In this document: one piece after another, positions 47,735-58,341 of the stretch | How positions within the stretch are numbered: position 1 is the first letter of the stretch | How the letters are laid out: each line of letters opens with the position of its first letter | Assembly: GCA_008080735.1 (NCBI GenBank) | Contig: SHMW01000011.1 | Location: forward strand, 1-64,000 | Reading direction: 5' to 3' | DNA: 64,000 bases | From: Promethearchaeota archaeon | GTDB taxonomy: Archaea; Asgardarchaeota; Lokiarchaeia; Sigyniarchaeales; SOKP01 | Program-made: the position numbers and the translations under genes | Notes under the pieces: model-generated | Databases searched by the model: none | What the model saw: the letters and a program-made list of their open reading frames with translations, nothing else | What the model was told of the DNA's origin: nothing

Positions 47735-48937
47735 ATGTATGAGAAGAGAAATGAATACGATTTTACCATAGAAACACTTAATTCTGTGAAATCAAAATTA
47801 GATGAGAAACTTGCAGCCAAATTGAAATCTAAACGAGTTTTTTTGGCTATTGATGGGTTTATAGATTCTCTTTATTCACTCATAAAATCTCGAAAGACTG
47901 CTGAAGATTATAAGAAATTTTCCACGATTAAAGAATTCGCCGATCGATTATATACTATAGCTGGAAGTTCAGGAAATATAGAATTACACCTAAAGAAGAA
48001 AACTTCTGGTGGGTTTGTTCCCAATAATGGGAAAGCCTTAAGTTCATTAGGAGTCAATCTTTTCTTATTTGGAGCATTAGGAATTCCCGAAACAAAAAAT
48101 GTTTTCTCATCACTAATAAATAAATCAAATGTGGATATTTGCTCTATCGCCAATCCGGGTAAAACTATCGGTTTAGAATTCTCGGATGGCAAAATTATGC
48201 TCTCTGATTTTAAAGGACTATTTGAGATATCGTGGGATACCATACAATCACGGATAAAAAGTGATAATCTAATCAAGGAGATAGAACACTCAGATGCAAT
48301 CGGATTTGGATATTGGTCTCTCAACAGTAGTATGACAAAGATCTGGAAAAAATTTAATAAAGAAGTCTTTCCATCCTTATCAAATTTAAATAAAAAATTC
48401 TTTTTCATAGATTTAGCGGATGTTAAAAAGCGCAGCTCTTCTGATATTTTAGAAATGCTTGATGTTGTAAAAAATTTAGAAGACCAAATTCCAGTGCTTA
48501 TGAGCCTTAATGATCAAGAGGCCATAGATATTTCGAAGACTATTGATGATGTCCCCTCAATTGATCCTAAGAAAGAAAAATTCAAGGGTTTTATCAACGC
48601 GGGAAATGATATCAATAATAAATTGAATTTATCTTATTTAGTAATACATTCTCCACACTTCGCAACAATTTCCTTAAAAAATAATGAAGGCCATTATTGG
48701 ATTACCGAAGGCTACACCGCGCATCCTTCATTTACAGTTTCAGCAGGTGATCATTTTCTTTCTGGAGTGGTTGCCGGATTATTGGGAAGATTAACTCCAC
48801 AAGAAGCCATTTTGGTTGGGAACGCTTTAACGGCAATTTTTGTTCGAATTGGCCGATCTCCAAGATTTAGTGAACTTGCACAATTCATTTCAAAATATAT
48901 TCATTATATAGACCAAGATGATCCTCAGTTCCCGTAA
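47735..48937 (+). CDS. PfkB/ribokinase-family carbohydrate kinase-like protein
   Basis: DGFID, GG...N, LN..EA and C-terminal AGDHF.SG motifs. Confidence 0.8.
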   Translation: MYEKRNEYDFTIETLNSVKSKLDEKLAAKLKSKRVFLAIDGFIDSLYSLIKSRKTAEDYKKFSTIKEFADRLYTIAGSSGNIELHLKKKTSGGFVPNNGKALSSLGVNLFLFGALGIPETKNVFSSLINKSNVDICSIANPGKTIGLEFSDGKIMLSDFKGLFEISWDTIQSRIKSDNLIKEIEHSDAIGFGYWSLNSSMTKIWKKFNKEVFPSLSNLNKKFFFIDLADVKKRSSSDILEMLDVVKNLEDQIPVLMSLNDQEAIDISKTIDDVPSIDPKKEKFKGFINAGNDINNKLNLSYLVIHSPHFATISLKNNEGHYWITEGYTAHPSFTVSAGDHFLSGVVAGLLGRLTPQEAILVGNALTAIFVRIGRSPRFSELAQFISKYIHYIDQDDPQFP

Positions 48938-49005
48938 ATAGATAGTTAGATTCATACTTAAGATCTATTAGACAAATCTTAATTACAGAGAATTCATTTA
49001 AACAC

Positions 49006-50688
49006 GTGATAAATATGGAAAGTAGACTATTTGATCAATCTTGGAATGTAAAGAATCGAGAAAATATTAAAACTAGATTAAAAGAAACTGAGTATGATGT
49101 GATAGTCATTGGAGCAGGTATAACTGGTGCAGGTGTAGCTCGAGAAGGTGCTATGAGAGGGCTTAAGATTGCTTTAGTGGACATGCAAGACTTTGCGGCG
49201 GGAACATCCTCAAGAAGTTCCAAGTTAGCTCACGGTGGGATACGCTATCTTTCCCATGGTGAGATGGACTTAGTGAAAGAGGCAACAACAGAGCGAAATT
49301 GGATGCAAGCTCATATTCCACACTTAATTCGTCCGATTCCCTTCTTATTTGTAAATTGGGAAGGAGGAAAATATAATGAACGTTCTATAAAATCAGCGGT
49401 AAAAATTTATGACTTTTTGAGCGATAAGGATCAAGAATTTAAAAATTATAAACAACATCAATGGTACTCAGCAGAAGAAGTCTTAGAATTGGAGCCTAAA
49501 ATTAAGAAAGAAGGTAATAAAGGAGGTGCGGTATATTATGATTGTAATGTGGACGATGCACGTCTTACAATCGAGACTTTAAAAGAAGCAGTCATAAGAG
49601 GAGCAGATATTATTAATTATTGTGAAGCCGTTGACTATAGTATAGAAGATGGTAAGATTACGGGTGTGAAATGTAAAGATAGAGAAGATGGTGAAGAATT
49701 TGAAATTAAAGGTACATTAGTAGTAAATGCGACGGGGATTTGGAGTGATGATTTATTGAATGTATATCCAGATGAAGTTCCCGAACCTTTAATAAGACCT
49801 ACTAAAGGCGTTCATCTTACTTATAAGCGTGAGGATGTGGGAAATGAAATGGCAACTATTATCACTTCTATTACTGATGAGCGAGCTTTTTTTGTCCTTC
49901 CAAGAGGCGACTATACCATAATAGGAACTACTGATACAGATTATAATGATGATTTAGCGAATCCATATTGTAATAAAGATGATGCGGATTATTTAATTAA
50001 ATCTGTTAGATATTACTTTCCAGACGCCAAACTAGAATACAAAGACTATTTGTTAGAAACATACGCAGGAATACGACCTTTAGTAAAGGAAAAAGGAAAA
50101 TCAGAAAGCGATGTATCTCGAAAACACGTCATCTTTTTTAATGAAAATGGACTGTTAACAATTGCAGGAGGGAAATTAACAACGTGGAGAGCGATGGCAG
50201 AAGATTTATTCAATGAAGTTGAAGAAAAAAATATCTTTCCCGATATCGAGCGAGAAAAAGGATTTTCCAAGCAAAAATTTGCTATCGCTCTAGAAAAAGA
50301 CGATTGGGAAGAAAAACGCAAGGAATATAACATAAATATTGATGATAAAGTGGCTGACCATCTCTATATGCAATATGGGCTTGGAGCACTCGAAATACTT
50401 AAATTAATTGAGGAGAATCCGGACTTAAAAGATCCTATAGTTGATGAGAATGAATTCATTAAAGCAGAAGTACTTTATTCGCTCCGTTATGAAATTACAC
50501 CGCATCTAATCGATGTCTTTTGCCGCAGAACAGAAATGAGTCTTTTTATAAATCATAAGAAACAATTTGAGGCGGCAAAAACGGTCGCAGATATAATGGC
50601 AGAAGAATATTCATGGAACGATGCGAAAAAAGAACAGGAAATACAACAATATATTGATTATGTAAAAAAAACCGTGGAATTTGTTTAA
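49006..50688 (+). CDS. FAD-dependent glycerol-3-phosphate dehydrogenase/oxidase (GlpA/GlpD family)
   Basis: IGAGITG, DFAAGTSSRSSKL.HGG.RYL, GTTD and GGKLTT.R.MAE motifs. Confidence 0.93.
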   Translation: MINMESRLFDQSWNVKNRENIKTRLKETEYDVIVIGAGITGAGVAREGAMRGLKIALVDMQDFAAGTSSRSSKLAHGGIRYLSHGEMDLVKEATTERNWMQAHIPHLIRPIPFLFVNWEGGKYNERSIKSAVKIYDFLSDKDQEFKNYKQHQWYSAEEVLELEPKIKKEGNKGGAVYYDCNVDDARLTIETLKEAVIRGADIINYCEAVDYSIEDGKITGVKCKDREDGEEFEIKGTLVVNATGIWSDDLLNVYPDEVPEPLIRPTKGVHLTYKREDVGNEMATIITSITDERAFFVLPRGDYTIIGTTDTDYNDDLANPYCNKDDADYLIKSVRYYFPDAKLEYKDYLLETYAGIRPLVKEKGKSESDVSRKHVIFFNENGLLTIAGGKLTTWRAMAEDLFNEVEEKNIFPDIEREKGFSKQKFAIALEKDDWEEKRKEYNINIDDKVADHLYMQYGLGALEILKLIEENPDLKDPIVDENEFIKAEVLYSLRYEITPHLIDVFCRRTEMSLFINHKKQFEAAKTVADIMAEEYSWNDAKKEQEIQQYIDYVKKTVEFV

Positions 50689-50776
50689 TTTTCTACTTTA
50701 ATTTTTTTAAAATTGGACTCTAGAAAAATAATAAATTAATAATCCTAATTATTCATATAATAATCAAAAAATATTT

Positions 50777-51448
50777 GTGATTCGAATGGTATTCCAAATT
50801 GATTATACAAATTTGATTTTAATTCCGATGGCAAGATTGGGAGCATTATTCTTGCTTTTTTTAGGGATTATATGGATTGTATATGGTGTATATGAAGGAA
50901 GACGCCGCGGATCTTACAAAGATCGCAAAGTGGAAGATTGGGATTTTAAAATTACCCGTTTCCTCAAAGCTTTAACCTATTTAGGATTTGTGGTTGGGGC
51001 CATAGCTATAATTTCTGGTGCTGCCCAATTGATCCTTAATGAACCACCTATTATGACGAAAAGTGACTTTATTGGGGATCATAGAAACATTTTTACAGCG
51101 GTTTTATTAATTGTTCTAGGCTTATTTACCTTCTTAAAACCTCTCAATGATCTCCCAATCGCCTCAATAATAGGATTAGCAGTGGCAACAATCGCAGTTA
51201 TTTTCATTTCACTAATGATCCCCCAAGAAGCATTAGAAATCATTGATGTGTTTATAGATTATAGAATAGTATTAGTGATAATTTTTATTATCATTTTTGC
51301 GGTCGCCGCACTAGTAATTAAATTTTACATCGGAGGTTTAATGGCCCTCAGTAAGGTCATTTCATGGCCACCCTTAGCGATTGGAATTGCGATTTTCTGT
51401 TTCTTGCAATCCTTCCTTCTATTAACTGCTGGATTCTCTCTACTCTAA
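50777..51448 (+). CDS. Hypothetical multi-pass membrane protein
   Basis: 223-aa ORF with about six TM segments. Confidence 0.7.
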   Translation: MIRMVFQIDYTNLILIPMARLGALFLLFLGIIWIVYGVYEGRRRGSYKDRKVEDWDFKITRFLKALTYLGFVVGAIAIISGAAQLILNEPPIMTKSDFIGDHRNIFTAVLLIVLGLFTFLKPLNDLPIASIIGLAVATIAVIFISLMIPQEALEIIDVFIDYRIVLVIIFIIIFAVAALVIKFYIGGLMALSKVISWPPLAIGIAIFCFLQSFLLLTAGFSLL

Positions 51449-51475
51449 TAATTTAAATTATTTTTTTCTCATTTT

Positions 51476-52588
51476 TTATAAAAAAGAAAATTTGTGTGAA
51501 GGATTTTTCTTAATTTTACCGATAATGTCATTTTCAAGATTATAATTACAGTTATTACACCTTTTCTCGTTTGTTATGTTTACTTCTGAAAATCTATATC
51601 CATCCCGTTTGATTAAAAGCTGTCCGCAATTTGGACAATAGGTATTGGCACCTTTTTCGTGCCGTGCGTTTCCAACATAGGGATAAAATAATCCTGTTTC
51701 TTTTGCGATGTTATAAGCCATATCTAAAGTCCTCAAAGGTGTGCGGTCTTGAGATGGCATCTTATAATCGGGATGATAAGCAGAAAAATGAGTTGGTGTA
51801 TCTTTCCCTAAATTCTCAACGACCCATTCACAAAGATTTCTAATATCTTCCTCATCATCATTTAAATCAGGTATGATCAAATTCGTCACTTCGACATGAA
51901 TTTCCCCTTCCTTAAATCTTTTTGCTGTATCTAAAACAGGTTTAACTGATTTTACACCACAAATTTTTTTATAAAAATCGTCCGTCATCCCTTTTATGTC
52001 TATATTCGCTGCCCCAATTCCGATATCTATTAATTCTTCAGTTGCTTCTGGAGTGGAAAACCCATTCGTGACTAAGATAGTTTGAATCTCTTCCTCATGT
52101 AATAATCGTGCTGTGTCTATAATCCATTCATGCCATATTAAAGGTTCATTATAAGTATATGCCAATGTTTTAGCTCCGCTCTTATTCACTTTTTTTACTA
52201 ATTCTTTAGGTTTCATTTCTACTAAAGACATTTCCCGATTTCGATAATCCTCAAAATCATAGCTACCTTTATCACCATCTTCAGACGGCGTTGCTTGACT
52301 AATAGACCAGTTTTGACAATGCAAACATCGAAAAGAACACCCAATTGAGGCAACGGAATAGGCAGTATGTCCCGGCCAAAAATTATACAATGGCTTTTTC
52401 TCAATTGGATCTAAACTCCCTTGGGAAATCATTGAGCCATAAATAAGGGTAAATAATTCCCCCTCTATATTTTTTCTTGTTCTACAGAAACCCACTTTTC
52501 CGGGAGTAATAACACATTCATTCGCGCATACATGACATTGGACTTTATTCTCCTCTAGTTTTTCCCATAATCGTGCTTTGACTTTCAT
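51476..52588 (-). CDS. amrS: AmmeMemoRadiSam system radical SAM enzyme
   Basis: VQC..C...C, DPIEKKPLY.F.PG, GCSFRCLHCQNW.ISQ and YTYNEP motifs. Confidence 0.92.
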   Translation of the reverse strand: MKVKARLWEKLEENKVQCHVCANECVITPGKVGFCRTRKNIEGELFTLIYGSMISQGSLDPIEKKPLYNFWPGHTAYSVASIGCSFRCLHCQNWSISQATPSEDGDKGSYDFEDYRNREMSLVEMKPKELVKKVNKSGAKTLAYTYNEPLIWHEWIIDTARLLHEEEIQTILVTNGFSTPEATEELIDIGIGAANIDIKGMTDDFYKKICGVKSVKPVLDTAKRFKEGEIHVEVTNLIIPDLNDDEEDIRNLCEWVVENLGKDTPTHFSAYHPDYKMPSQDRTPLRTLDMAYNIAKETGLFYPYVGNARHEKGANTYCPNCGQLLIKRDGYRFSEVNITNEKRCNNCNYNLENDIIGKIKKNPSHKFSFL

Positions 52589-52709
52589 ATCAACCTACCT
52601 CTTAACTAAATATTATATTTTCAATTTTTTAAGAATTAATAATATAAATTATTAATTTAGAATATATGTGATCTCTAGATGCTAAATCTATTAACTGAGA
52701 TGATGAATT

Positions 52710-53639
52710 ATGAGTTCTCAAGAACAGAATGAATTATCCGAAGAAAAAATCAAACAGATGATCAAAAATAAACAAAAAAAGTTACAAGAATTAGAGAAAG
52801 GATCTGAATATATAAAGGAATTAAGCGATATTGCCTTACTTCAATTAGAATTGGAGCAATATGAAAAGTCTGAACAAAATTTATTAACTTGCTTCGAACA
52901 CTTCCAAAAACAAAAAGATAGACTCGGACAAGCATCAGTATTAGGTATTTTAGGAACGTTATATTATAAGAGCGCTAATTATAAGAAATCTATCGAAACT
53001 TATGAGAAGGCTTTAAAGATTTATAGAGATTTAAGCCAAATTCAAGAACGAATTATGTGTTTGAAAGGAATTGGGAATGCATATATTAAACTAAATAAGT
53101 TGGATAACGCTTCTGATACATTTTTTAAATGTGCGGATATTTCTTCTAAAAATAAAGCTATGTATGATTTTTTAGATTGTTTAGGAAATCTGATCTTTAT
53201 TTTTGAAAAAAAAGAAGAATGGGAGGTAATATTTGAATTATATAATAAATCTCTAAAAGCCTTTCAGAAAATTAAAGACAAAAAGGGGATTATTACCTCC
53301 TATTTTAATTTGGGAATAATAAAAAAGAATAAAGAGCAAAAATATTCTGAAGCATTATCTTATTTTAAAAGAGGCACCAATTTGGCAATTGATGGAAACT
53401 ATTCTGAATTAATATTGAAAGGTCTCTCATATATAGGAGAGTCGTTTTATTATCTGGGCAAAATTAAAGAAGCCAAGGAGCAGTTTATCAGGGGATTGCA
53501 TTTAGCCGAAAAAATAAATGCGGGGAACGCTATCCAACAATTTAAAATTCTTTTAAATTCATTTGGACTGAATGAGCAAGAAATTCAAAAGGAGCTAGAA
53601 AGTTTTAGAAGCAAGAGAGCAAATAAAACAAAATCCTAG
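52710..53639 (+). CDS. Tetratricopeptide repeat protein
   Basis: Repeated LG.LY...Y..S...Y.KAL.I units of about 40 aa. Confidence 0.88.
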   Translation: MSSQEQNELSEEKIKQMIKNKQKKLQELEKGSEYIKELSDIALLQLELEQYEKSEQNLLTCFEHFQKQKDRLGQASVLGILGTLYYKSANYKKSIETYEKALKIYRDLSQIQERIMCLKGIGNAYIKLNKLDNASDTFFKCADISSKNKAMYDFLDCLGNLIFIFEKKEEWEVIFELYNKSLKAFQKIKDKKGIITSYFNLGIIKKNKEQKYSEALSYFKRGTNLAIDGNYSELILKGLSYIGESFYYLGKIKEAKEQFIRGLHLAEKINAGNAIQQFKILLNSFGLNEQEIQKELESFRSKRANKTKS

Positions 53640-53726
53640 CTATCAGAGACTTTTAATTATACACGTATATTTTTAAATAGGTAAAGTTCTATCTTATTTT
53701 TAAGAACGTTCTGCGGAAGATATAAA

Positions 53727-55154
53727 ATGAAATTATGTCCATATTGCGATAAACCAATTGAATCTCAATGGCGCTTTTGCCATCATTGTAATAAACCTCT
53801 CATTTCAGACTTGGAACACCGCCGCTCTAATAACAGACCAGATAGTGCTTATTTTACTGAGTATACTTCTTATGAGGGATATGACTATGAATCAGAGGAA
53901 CATTTTGATGTAAATGTTCTTGAAGATAAAAATATTGATGAAAAAATTAGTCAGGTTGATCAAAAAATTAACCAATCATCATACGGAGATAATATCGGTG
54001 ATTTATATCTGGAAAAAGCGGGTTTATACTACAAAAAAAGAGATTTATCAAAATCACTAAAAGAATTGGAACTTGCTTTAGAAACTTTCGACCACGAAAA
54101 TGATCAAGAAAAAATTGCCATTACTCACAACGAAATCGGTCTTTTAAAAGAGGAGATGGGATATTTTGATAATTCAATTTACCATTTCGATATTGCTATA
54201 AATATATTGAAAAATATAGAAGACAATATTAAATTGATCCAGGTGTATAATAATATCGGAAATGCATATTATCAGTTAAAAGATATCGAAAACTCATATA
54301 GTTTTTATCAAAAAGCTATAAAATTGGCTGAAGAAGAGAATATGAGATATGAGGAAATAAAATCATCGAGTAACATTGTAGAAGTTTTATTTGTTTTACA
54401 AGATTTTGAACGTATCAAAAAAATCCTAAAAAAAAATTATGAATTTTTCAGTCAGCATAATGATATCTTTGGCTTAATTAACACCTATTCTAAATACGGA
54501 AAATTGAATTTTTATTTGGGAGAGAGTTACTATGAAAAAGCGTATGAGTATTTGAATAAGGCATTGAATTTGGTCAAAAAGGTTGAATCTCAAATATCTG
54601 TTTACTCAAAATCTCGTATGCAATGGGAAATCTTTCTTTTTATGGGAAAGATTGATATCTTATGGAATCGTTTACAAAAGGCAGAAAATTATCTTTTGAA
54701 AAGTTTAGAATCAATACGAACATTTGAAATTGAAGAAGATAACATCAAAGAAAGCATTATATTAGAAGCTCTCGGTAATCTTTATGAAATGCAGAATGAG
54801 CATAGTAAAGCTATAGAATATTACAATTTATCAAGTGATATTTATTATAAGTTTGGGGAGGATTTTAAAACCGCAGAATTAAAAAGAAAAATTGCTCGGA
54901 TTTATCAAAACTCCCTCCATAACAATATGGAAGCCATTGATTTCTATGAAAATGCATTAGAGGTCTTTGAAAAATTAGAATATTTCAAAGAAATGGCACA
55001 AATCTATGATTCCTTAGGTGATCTTTATATTGATAGAGGCTTAACTGAAATTGCTCTCAACAATTTTGAACAAGCTAAATTTTATTATCAAGAAATTAAA
55101 GACAATTATCACACTGAATTGGTTGATGGGAAAATAAAGTCATTAATTCAATGA
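53727..55154 (+). CDS. Zn-ribbon + TPR protein
   Basis: N-terminal CPYC...FCHHC followed by TPR units. Confidence 0.88.
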   Translation: MKLCPYCDKPIESQWRFCHHCNKPLISDLEHRRSNNRPDSAYFTEYTSYEGYDYESEEHFDVNVLEDKNIDEKISQVDQKINQSSYGDNIGDLYLEKAGLYYKKRDLSKSLKELELALETFDHENDQEKIAITHNEIGLLKEEMGYFDNSIYHFDIAINILKNIEDNIKLIQVYNNIGNAYYQLKDIENSYSFYQKAIKLAEEENMRYEEIKSSSNIVEVLFVLQDFERIKKILKKNYEFFSQHNDIFGLINTYSKYGKLNFYLGESYYEKAYEYLNKALNLVKKVESQISVYSKSRMQWEIFLFMGKIDILWNRLQKAENYLLKSLESIRTFEIEEDNIKESIILEALGNLYEMQNEHSKAIEYYNLSSDIYYKFGEDFKTAELKRKIARIYQNSLHNNMEAIDFYENALEVFEKLEYFKEMAQIYDSLGDLYIDRGLTEIALNNFEQAKFYYQEIKDNYHTELVDGKIKSLIQ

Positions 55155-55183
55155 GAAATAGTTACTATCTTATCAAAACGGAT

Positions 55184-55825
55184 TCAATCCAAGAGAAAAT
55201 CGTCTTTTGTATAAGTCTTTTTACCGTATTCCTCGAAGCCAAGAGACTTAATAAATCCATAGGATACCTCATTATCCTTGTAAACTTCGCAGCGCAATTC
55301 ATTGACATCTTCTTCCTTGAAATAATTCCAGGCTGCTATACCTAATATAGTACCTAATCCTTTCCTTTGGTATCGTGGCAGCACGCCCAGACCCGCGATC
55401 ACGCCGATCTCGTTATTGTGACCTTCTCTGTCTAATATTATGAAACCTCCATCACTTCCATACACTTTCGCAATGAGAATTTCGGTTTCCGGATATTCAT
55501 GAATTTTCTTCAGCGACTCCAACTCTATGGGGCGAAATGGCTCGTTCGCGGTCATCCAAGCCCGATTATGAATCTGCATAATTGTTTCTAAATCTTCCTC
55601 CTTCGCTTTCCGTATTTTAGCGTTCAAGAAATTTTTTTCCACTCGCTTTTTAATCTCTTCTTCAAATTCTTCTGTTATTTTCTCCACGGGTAGTTTCATC
55701 TGAATATAAGTTAGCCCCTCTTTCTCAGCTTTCTCTTGCAAATTTTCTTCTGTACACGCAGCATCAAAACTCAGAAAGAAATTTCTGATCCGTTTTTGCT
55801 TTAGATTATCTCTTAATTCTGGCAT
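55184..55825 (-). CDS. GNAT N-acetyltransferase
   Basis: GVLPRYQRKGLG acetyl-CoA motif and N..S..F..SLGF. Confidence 0.9.
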   Translation of the reverse strand: MPELRDNLKQKRIRNFFLSFDAACTEENLQEKAEKEGLTYIQMKLPVEKITEEFEEEIKKRVEKNFLNAKIRKAKEEDLETIMQIHNRAWMTANEPFRPIELESLKKIHEYPETEILIAKVYGSDGGFIILDREGHNNEIGVIAGLGVLPRYQRKGLGTILGIAAWNYFKEEDVNELRCEVYKDNEVSYGFIKSLGFEEYGKKTYTKDDFLLD

Positions 55826-55895
55826 TTTAGAAATCCACTCTTATAGTGCTAAAAAATGAATACTCCCATAAAAAATTAGGTTAATAATGCTAAAC

Positions 55896-56567
55896 TTAGT
55901 CCTCAAAATCTTCTTTTCGATATCTCTTCACACCGAATTCTTCGAATCCCAATCCTTTAATAAATCCATATGAGACTTCATTATTTTTATAAACTTCTGC
56001 TCGCAACTCTTTAACATGTGGATGATTTTCCTTGATAAAGTTCCAACACGCCATTCCAACAATTGTTCCTAAACCCTTGCGCTGAAACTTTGGAATTACA
56101 CCTAAACCCGCAAAAATCGCGTATTCTTTATTCGGTCCCTCGAAATCTAAAATTGCGAAGGCGGCGTCTCTGCCATATATTTTTCCAATTAAAAAAATAG
56201 TATCGGGATCCTTAAATATCTTATCCAGCGTATCAACATCTATTGGTCTGAAGGGAGTATTGCTGGTCAACCAAGCTTGGTTATAAATATCCTTAATTAT
56301 GTCCAAATCTTTCTCTTCAGCTTCACGAATATTAGCGCGTATGATTTTATTCTCAATTTTATTTCTTAAGTTATTTTCAAATTCATCTGTGATTCTCTCG
56401 ACAGGTAGCTTTAGTTGAATGTATTCCATTCCCTCTTTTTCAACTTTTTGTAATTCCTCAGAAATTTCACCTTTTTCTTTCTTTTCTGTTTCCAGAGTAT
56501 GAAAGAATGCGCGTATCCTATTTTTTTTAAGTTCTATTTTTGATACGGGTGTCATATCCAAATCCAT
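55896..56567 (-). CDS. GNAT N-acetyltransferase (tandem paralog)
   Basis: GVIPKFQRKGLG; colinear with 55184..55825. Confidence 0.9.
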   Translation of the reverse strand: MDLDMTPVSKIELKKNRIRAFFHTLETEKKEKGEISEELQKVEKEGMEYIQLKLPVERITDEFENNLRNKIENKIIRANIREAEEKDLDIIKDIYNQAWLTSNTPFRPIDVDTLDKIFKDPDTIFLIGKIYGRDAAFAILDFEGPNKEYAIFAGLGVIPKFQRKGLGTIVGMACWNFIKENHPHVKELRAEVYKNNEVSYGFIKGLGFEEFGVKRYRKEDFED

Positions 56568-56574
56568 GTATTTT

Positions 56575-58224
56575 TTATTTTATATATTTATTGATATCTG
56601 CGCGAATTGCTTGATCAATATTCTCGTCAATAATATTTTTATTTCTGAGCATTGCCAAGCCTTTTTGCAATTGCTTTTCTATTGTGGGGTCATTGAGCAG
56701 ATTTTTATTTTCACTTGCAAATTCAAAATTGGATCGAATTCTCATATCATCCTCAATCTTTTCATTGATGAAATCCCTTAAACCCACTAACGCCTCAGAT
56801 GCCTCTTTATATAAACCCGAAGAATCTTTTGAATTAACTAAAACATAACCTGGAAAGACGATTTTCATATATTCTTCCATCATATCCTCATCTTCAATAA
56901 ACATCGCATAAAAAGGCATATAAATCCATTGAATCGGTTTAGCAAATAATTCTTTCTCATTATCTTCTAATGACCACTTTTTAAGATCTTCTGCCTCTTT
57001 AAGACAATCTTGTTTTTTTTGAAAAATTATTTTTTTAATTTGGTTGAACAAATCCTCAATTTTTTGCTTTTTCTGGGAAATTTCTTGGATTTTTTGCTCT
57101 TTTTCTGATTCGAATTTTGAAATTTTCTGGTCTCGAGTTAATAATTTCTCATCTAAATTCTCCTTGATATCTTTTAGTTTATTTTGTGCCTCCAAATCGA
57201 TTTTTGAAGCTTGTTGTTTGATTTCATCGAAATTTTGTTTTATTTCGGAAATATCAGATTTTAAATGAGAGATATTCTCATCTAAAAAGGAAAATTGAGC
57301 TTCAATGCTCGGAATTAAATTTTCAAAGGATTTCCTCTTCAGAACATCTGCATTACTGTAGAATCTATTTTTTTTTAGTATCTCTTCAAAATGTTGATCT
57401 AATGTTGTGAATTTTGTAGCCAAATTGTCGATTAAGCGCTTTTTCTCATTCAATTTCCATTGTTCTATCTTATCCTCTTCTAATTCCAGCTTTTCCTTTA
57501 CTTGTTCACCATCAATTGCTTGTGATGTTTTTTTTATTTGAGATTTATAGCGTGATTCCACATCTTTAAGCTCAACATTTAGGTCAATTAACCATTTATC
57601 AACCTTCTCTCCTATCAATCCGACTTGACTTTTCCATCTTTGTGCATTACCTTTAAGAGTATCTATTATTCCTCGATATTTCTCAGAGAGATCTAAGGCT
57701 TGTTCAGTTGTTAATGAAGTATCTAATGGCATATATCCCTCTATAGGCGCGTATTGCAGCTGAGATATAAGCATATCGAGGGTGGACAAGAATTCTGGAT
57801 TTACAAGTGATTGAATTTCAAAAGCTTGATATTCTGATTCCTCATCTTTACTTAATTCCTCTGCCTCTTGATCTTTATAACTCAACACATCGATAATTCG
57901 TTCCAGTTGTTCTATATGCGATCGATTATCAATATTTCTTAAAATATGACCTATTAAAGGTTGCCGTGGAGGATTGGTAAACTTTCCTTTTTTAGAAAAA
58001 ATCTTTACTCCATCGAGGATAATATGAGTAGAAATCACTCCAGGAATGGATAATAAGGGCCATAATAACCTAGAAAAAGAAAGTATTTTATGATTACTCT
58101 CTAAATCTTTCGCTAGTAAATGAAATGCGAACGTTAATTCATCATCATCTTGCAGAAAGGGGATTTGAGTTCCTTCCTTCATAAATAAGGGTAATATGTA
58201 TTGATTTCCGTGAATAGTTGACAT
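56575..58224 (-). CDS. Hypothetical protein with long central coiled coil
   Basis: 549 aa; K/E/Q-rich heptad region at about residues 175-420 flanked by globular ends. Confidence 0.75.
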   Translation of the reverse strand: MSTIHGNQYILPLFMKEGTQIPFLQDDDELTFAFHLLAKDLESNHKILSFSRLLWPLLSIPGVISTHIILDGVKIFSKKGKFTNPPRQPLIGHILRNIDNRSHIEQLERIIDVLSYKDQEAEELSKDEESEYQAFEIQSLVNPEFLSTLDMLISQLQYAPIEGYMPLDTSLTTEQALDLSEKYRGIIDTLKGNAQRWKSQVGLIGEKVDKWLIDLNVELKDVESRYKSQIKKTSQAIDGEQVKEKLELEEDKIEQWKLNEKKRLIDNLATKFTTLDQHFEEILKKNRFYSNADVLKRKSFENLIPSIEAQFSFLDENISHLKSDISEIKQNFDEIKQQASKIDLEAQNKLKDIKENLDEKLLTRDQKISKFESEKEQKIQEISQKKQKIEDLFNQIKKIIFQKKQDCLKEAEDLKKWSLEDNEKELFAKPIQWIYMPFYAMFIEDEDMMEEYMKIVFPGYVLVNSKDSSGLYKEASEALVGLRDFINEKIEDDMRIRSNFEFASENKNLLNDPTIEKQLQKGLAMLRNKNIIDENIDQAIRADINKYIK

Positions 58225-58341
58225 TTTTACATTTTCTCCCTACTAGTTATTTCAATATTTTTTATATAGGAATTTACCATTAAAACTCTTTCTATCAATG
58301 GAATTTAAAAATAAAAAATAGAATGAATCATATGGAATTTT

